NCBI GenBank assembly: GCA_012295275.1
Contig: CM022669.1
Location: 5,704,001 to 5,768,000 of the forward strand
Reading direction: 5' to 3'
Source: Chrysomallon squamiferum
Lineage: Eukaryota > Animalia > Mollusca
Length of the DNA stretch: 64,000 nt
In this document: positions 60,129 to 64,000 of the stretch, one piece after another
How the letters are laid out: each line of letters begins with the position of its first letter
Numbering within the stretch: position 1 is the first letter of the stretch
Translations under genes and position numbers: made by a program
The notes under the pieces: generated by a model
Told to the model about the DNA's origin: nothing
The model's database searches: none
What the model saw: only the letters and a program-made list of their open reading frames with translations

Positions 60129-60399
60129 TTCTGTTAGTATTCCTGTCCATAATTTTTTCTTCCTTCTTTTATTTGTGATTTTATTTTAAAGAATGAAATA
60201 CAGTTTTATAACATTGAAACTTTGCATGAATTACACAAAAAGTGTCATTACAATTTATGCTGATTCAGTATTCCAGAAAAAGAAACTTTAAAAAATAAAA
60301 ATAATAAATAGAATGACCTTGTATTTGTGTTGGAAAGAGAAAAAAAAACAAAAAAAACATTACACACTGATGAACTTGTAAAACTGAAGATAAAAACTT

Positions 60400-60620
60400 C
60401 ATCCTCGTTGTACGGAAGACGAAAGCCTCTCCGCTGATGTTGTTGTACCTGTTGGCGATGTGCCTACATTGTTTGAGTCGTGTGTTTGTCTTTCCTACAC
60501 AACACGGAAGTTTCACAGAAATAAAACGAAGTGTTACTTGAGTCAGCTGGAGATCTGGGGACACAAAAGTAACATGATGAGATGTGTGCTGTAAACTGAG
60601 GCTTTGTCGGCGACATGGGT
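60400..60620. promoter_or_regulatory. CpG-retaining candidate enhancer/promoter with ETS and AP-1 motifs
   Basis: About 10 CpGs; ACGGAAGT at 60504 and TGAGTCA at 60539. Confidence 0.35.
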
Positions 60621-61047
60621 TAGCCTAGTACATCAAACAGCTAGTACCTGTAATATACTTAACATACCAAATATGTACCAAATATATACCAAATACATAC
60701 TTGTGTGTTAGATATATATCAATAATATACATACTTGTGTTAATTATATATAGATGATATATAACACACAGCATGATAAATGTGTTATATAATGTATATA
60801 TATATATAATACAAAATAGATGAATATAAACATATATAATATATGAATTATATATGTATATATATATACATCATGCAAAATACAAATGATAAACGTATAT
60901 AACATTCAATAGACATATATATATAAAAAACAGAATAGAGATGCACTGCAGTAAAAAAAATGTACAGATGTTTGTGTACACACATACACAGACAAAAAAT
61001 AGAAACATAAAATAATACATTATAATGTGTGTTTTTATATACATATA

Positions 61048-61080
<33 letters not shown>

Positions 61081-61421
61081 TATAATGCAGCTGCTCAGTT
61101 AATTATTGTAAGCTAATTATTGTTTATTGTTTTCTTGAACAAGTTGTGAACATAAGAAAAGATTATGCATGTGTAGTTGTATCAGCTGACACAGCCATTT
61201 TCGGAATTAACTAATTAACTTTTAATGTGATTAATTAGTGTTGATTTCAGGTAATCTAGTATATCTGTAAACATGGATTGTAGAAATGCTTGTTTTAGGT
61301 TTACAAACACTAGATTGTTTTTGACTTTAACTCTGAGTAGTCTCTTTGTCAATAAACATGACAGTATATGACTTTGATCAATCATATTCCTTACTTCAGA
61401 GTTTTGTATAAATGTGAGAGT

Positions 61422-61423
<2 letters not shown>

Positions 61424-61476
<53 letters not shown>
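61424..61476. repeat. (TG)n(AG)n microsatellite
   Basis: Directly visible. Confidence 0.95.
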
Positions 61477-63238
61477 ATATGTATCTGTGTGTTTATATGA
61501 ATGTGCATGTGAAAATGGTGTTTGTGTGTGTGTGTATATATGTTAGTGAATATATGTATTTGCGTGAAAATGTTAATTTTTGCAATATTAAAATTAAGCA
61601 TTGTGTAAGTAGATCAATAACAAAATAATAAGTATGTATCTGAATGTATATGTCTGTACAGATACACACTCAAAAGCACATTAACACAGATATATATACT
61701 AGTATATAAATGTAAATGCATATATACATACATAGACATTCCCAGATGCATACAAACACATCTTTGTACACATACACACACACATATATATGTATATATA
61801 AAATATCTTCACGATAATTTCTGTTATTATATTATTAGTTACTTATTTACTTATTTATTTATTTTTATTTATTTTTGTTTTTACTCATCATCTAACAGTT
61901 TACAGCTAGGAATATAAACCTAGTAAAGTTCTTATTAAATTAATATTAATTATAACTTTTATTTTACTAAATGTGTTGATCAGTTCTGCTTCAGTAGTAA
62001 GTCTGATCAAATCCTCTTTAGTAAATAACTTAATTAATTATCACAAACACACACAAAAAAATCTTACTAAAATAATCAATACAACTTTGTCAGATTTTTC
62101 ACAAAAATACTTGATAAAAAAAACATGATAAGAAAAACTAAATAACGTTCAAGGATTAGTTTGGATTTCGTGTGTTCTGGTAGTAGATTTAGTTTGTAGA
62201 AGGTAATCAGGCATCATTACTGTTAAGAGAACAATAATAAACATTTAAAAAAACAACAAAAAAAAACAACAAAAAAAACAACAAAAAAACAAGCAAAAAA
62301 AAAACAATATGAGTAATATATTGGTTTTTTCCCTGCTCTGCAATGACAGATCTTTTCATCAAAAATATATGGGTCACATGAGACACAGTGCATGAATCAG
62401 TGCATTGTAGACACCCTCCCCATTTCAGTTTCCTCCAGTATTCAATCTCCCCCCACCAGCAGGTGCTGGACTTTACGTTGTTATGAAAATGATAGTCATA
62501 AATGAAGTCTGAAAAGAGAACAACAACAAATTGCTTGAATGCCAGTTGATACAGGTTTTTGTTTAATTTTATTTTACTGTTGCTAGGGTTAGTTGTGAAA
62601 TGGAAAACAAGTTAAAACAGAGAGTTATGTTGTGTATTGTTGTTATTGTTAAACAGAAAGAGGATGTGAACAGTTCTAATTTTATTGTTTATATTACTGC
62701 TTCTTCATTTTTCTTTATTAGAACTTTCAAATTTACAATCAGAGCATATGTTTATAATTTTCAAGTTTAAGAAGCAGTTCACATCATACATAGATAAATA
62801 TACATATACATTAACACCCACTGACTGAGATATACACACACACATATACACACACAATACACACACATACACAGACATATACAAAACAGAAAATATTTTG
62901 ACACAGTTAAAACAGACACAACATTGTTTTGTACAATCAAAACCTGCAATGCTGAAACAGAAAAAAAAAGAAAGAAAAAAGTCCGCCTCAGGACAGTTGT
63001 TAATTACAGCCCTTGTCATACGATTATCAGTCAGTTATTCTACAGACAGCATTTCACCTTAGCTAAAACTTTATTCTTATTTTTTTTTTATTTTTTTTAA
63101 ATGATGTCAGTTGATTGACTGGTAGCTGATTATCTGTTGCTATTTCACGCTCGCTTGCTCTCAGTCGAGATGTTAGCAGAGCCAGGCCAGTCATTCACTA
63201 AGCATTGTCTGAATGCGAGGGAGTCTCGCAGTGTTAAT

Positions 63239-63310
63239 ATGTACGAAACACAAACACAACAAAGTTCATCAGCACCTGCAGACTTTCCTACCTGTCTATG
63301 CGACCAGCAG
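63239..63310 (+). CDS. Candidate alternative first coding exon for a short isoform lacking N-terminal and C1 domains (MYETQTQQSSSAPADFPTCLCDQQ)
   Basis: CpG-retaining region, TCAGTC initiator-like motif at 63161, in-frame ATGs at 63170 and 63239, CAG|gtaaca donor in phase 0 matching exon 19. Confidence 0.5.
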
Positions 63311-64000
63311 GTAACAGAGAAGCAGGTAACCATCCGACTGACACCTTCGTTGTCAGATTCTTTTAAATGTTTAAATTTTTCTCTTACGTTATCGATTGTA
63401 AAATGTAGGTTACTGTATGATCGAGTAGGTTTTGAAATGTTGTTTTGAAATAGGCAGAGAGAGGCATGTGTTTGTGAGAGGCTCTCTCTGTGTCTGTGGT
63501 TGTGAGAGTCTCTCTCTGTGTCTGTGTGTGTGTGAGTCTCTCTCTGTGTCTGTGTGTGTGAGAGAGAGTTTAATAATTGTGTGTTTCATTTGATCATTAA
63601 TAAATAACTGAAATACTTGAGAGATTTTATAATAACACAGTCAAATAGCAGTAGAAGAGTTTTCTTATGGAGGGCCTCTATTGTTTGATCATAGTACTGT
63701 TGATTCTGTTTAATCTGAATATAGTTTAATTATACATGGATAATCAAAGAGTTAATGGGACTTTTTGTTTTTGTTTTTTTGTTTAATCATGATGAGAGTC
63801 ATACATACAGAAACCTAATTTACTTTATATCATGTCCAGCCTACAGATCTGTATTATTTGATTCATTATTCATTGTACAACTATTCTGTTACTCACTGTA
63901 TTATATACACACACTCAGAGTTTACACTGTCTGTTTCACCAGTGTGAGTGTTATATTAGAGTTATTTGATGAGTGAACTAACCAGATTACTTGTTCTGTG

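Noticed and set aside
60437-60541. Signal-peptide-like small ORF MLLYLLAMCLHCLSRVFVFPTQHGSFTEIKRSVT
   Set aside because: Stops before any convincing phase-0 donor; the region is better explained as regulatory
62453-62470. CTCF-like ccaccagcaggtgctg
   Set aside because: Lacks the GGC core positions; partial match only
1-64000. Nested opposite-strand gene, intact transposon ORF, tRNA or rRNA gene
   Set aside because: No RT/transposase motifs, no cloverleaf with intact A and B boxes and no minus-strand exon chain recognised by eye; small nested ncRNAs cannot be excluded without an Infernal/Rfam search

Overview
AT-rich, microsatellite-dense, CpG-depleted eukaryotic (invertebrate, probably molluscan) genomic DNA; nothing prokaryotic. 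The window is occupied by the 5' portion of one large + strand multi-exon gene of the AKAP13 (AKAP-Lbc)/ARHGEF28 (RGNEF) Lbc-family RhoGEFs. I reconstructed by hand 19 phase-consistent GT-AG coding exons from 133 to 53495 (2613 nt, 871 aa). They encode the conserved N-terminal domain with its ankyrin-like RETLLHFAARLGL segment, a long Ser-rich linker and a C1 zinc finger. The DH-PH catalytic exons should lie beyond 64000. Nearly all supplied ORFs are microsatellite or tandem-repeat artefacts. The introns hold candidate microexons, several CpG-retaining candidate internal promoters or alternative first exons, minisatellites, degenerate SINE remnants, and a recurring pattern of local duplications that straddle splice sites. 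I found no convincing new biological system. The most original observations concern splice-site duplication and isoform architecture, and all need RNA-seq confirmation.
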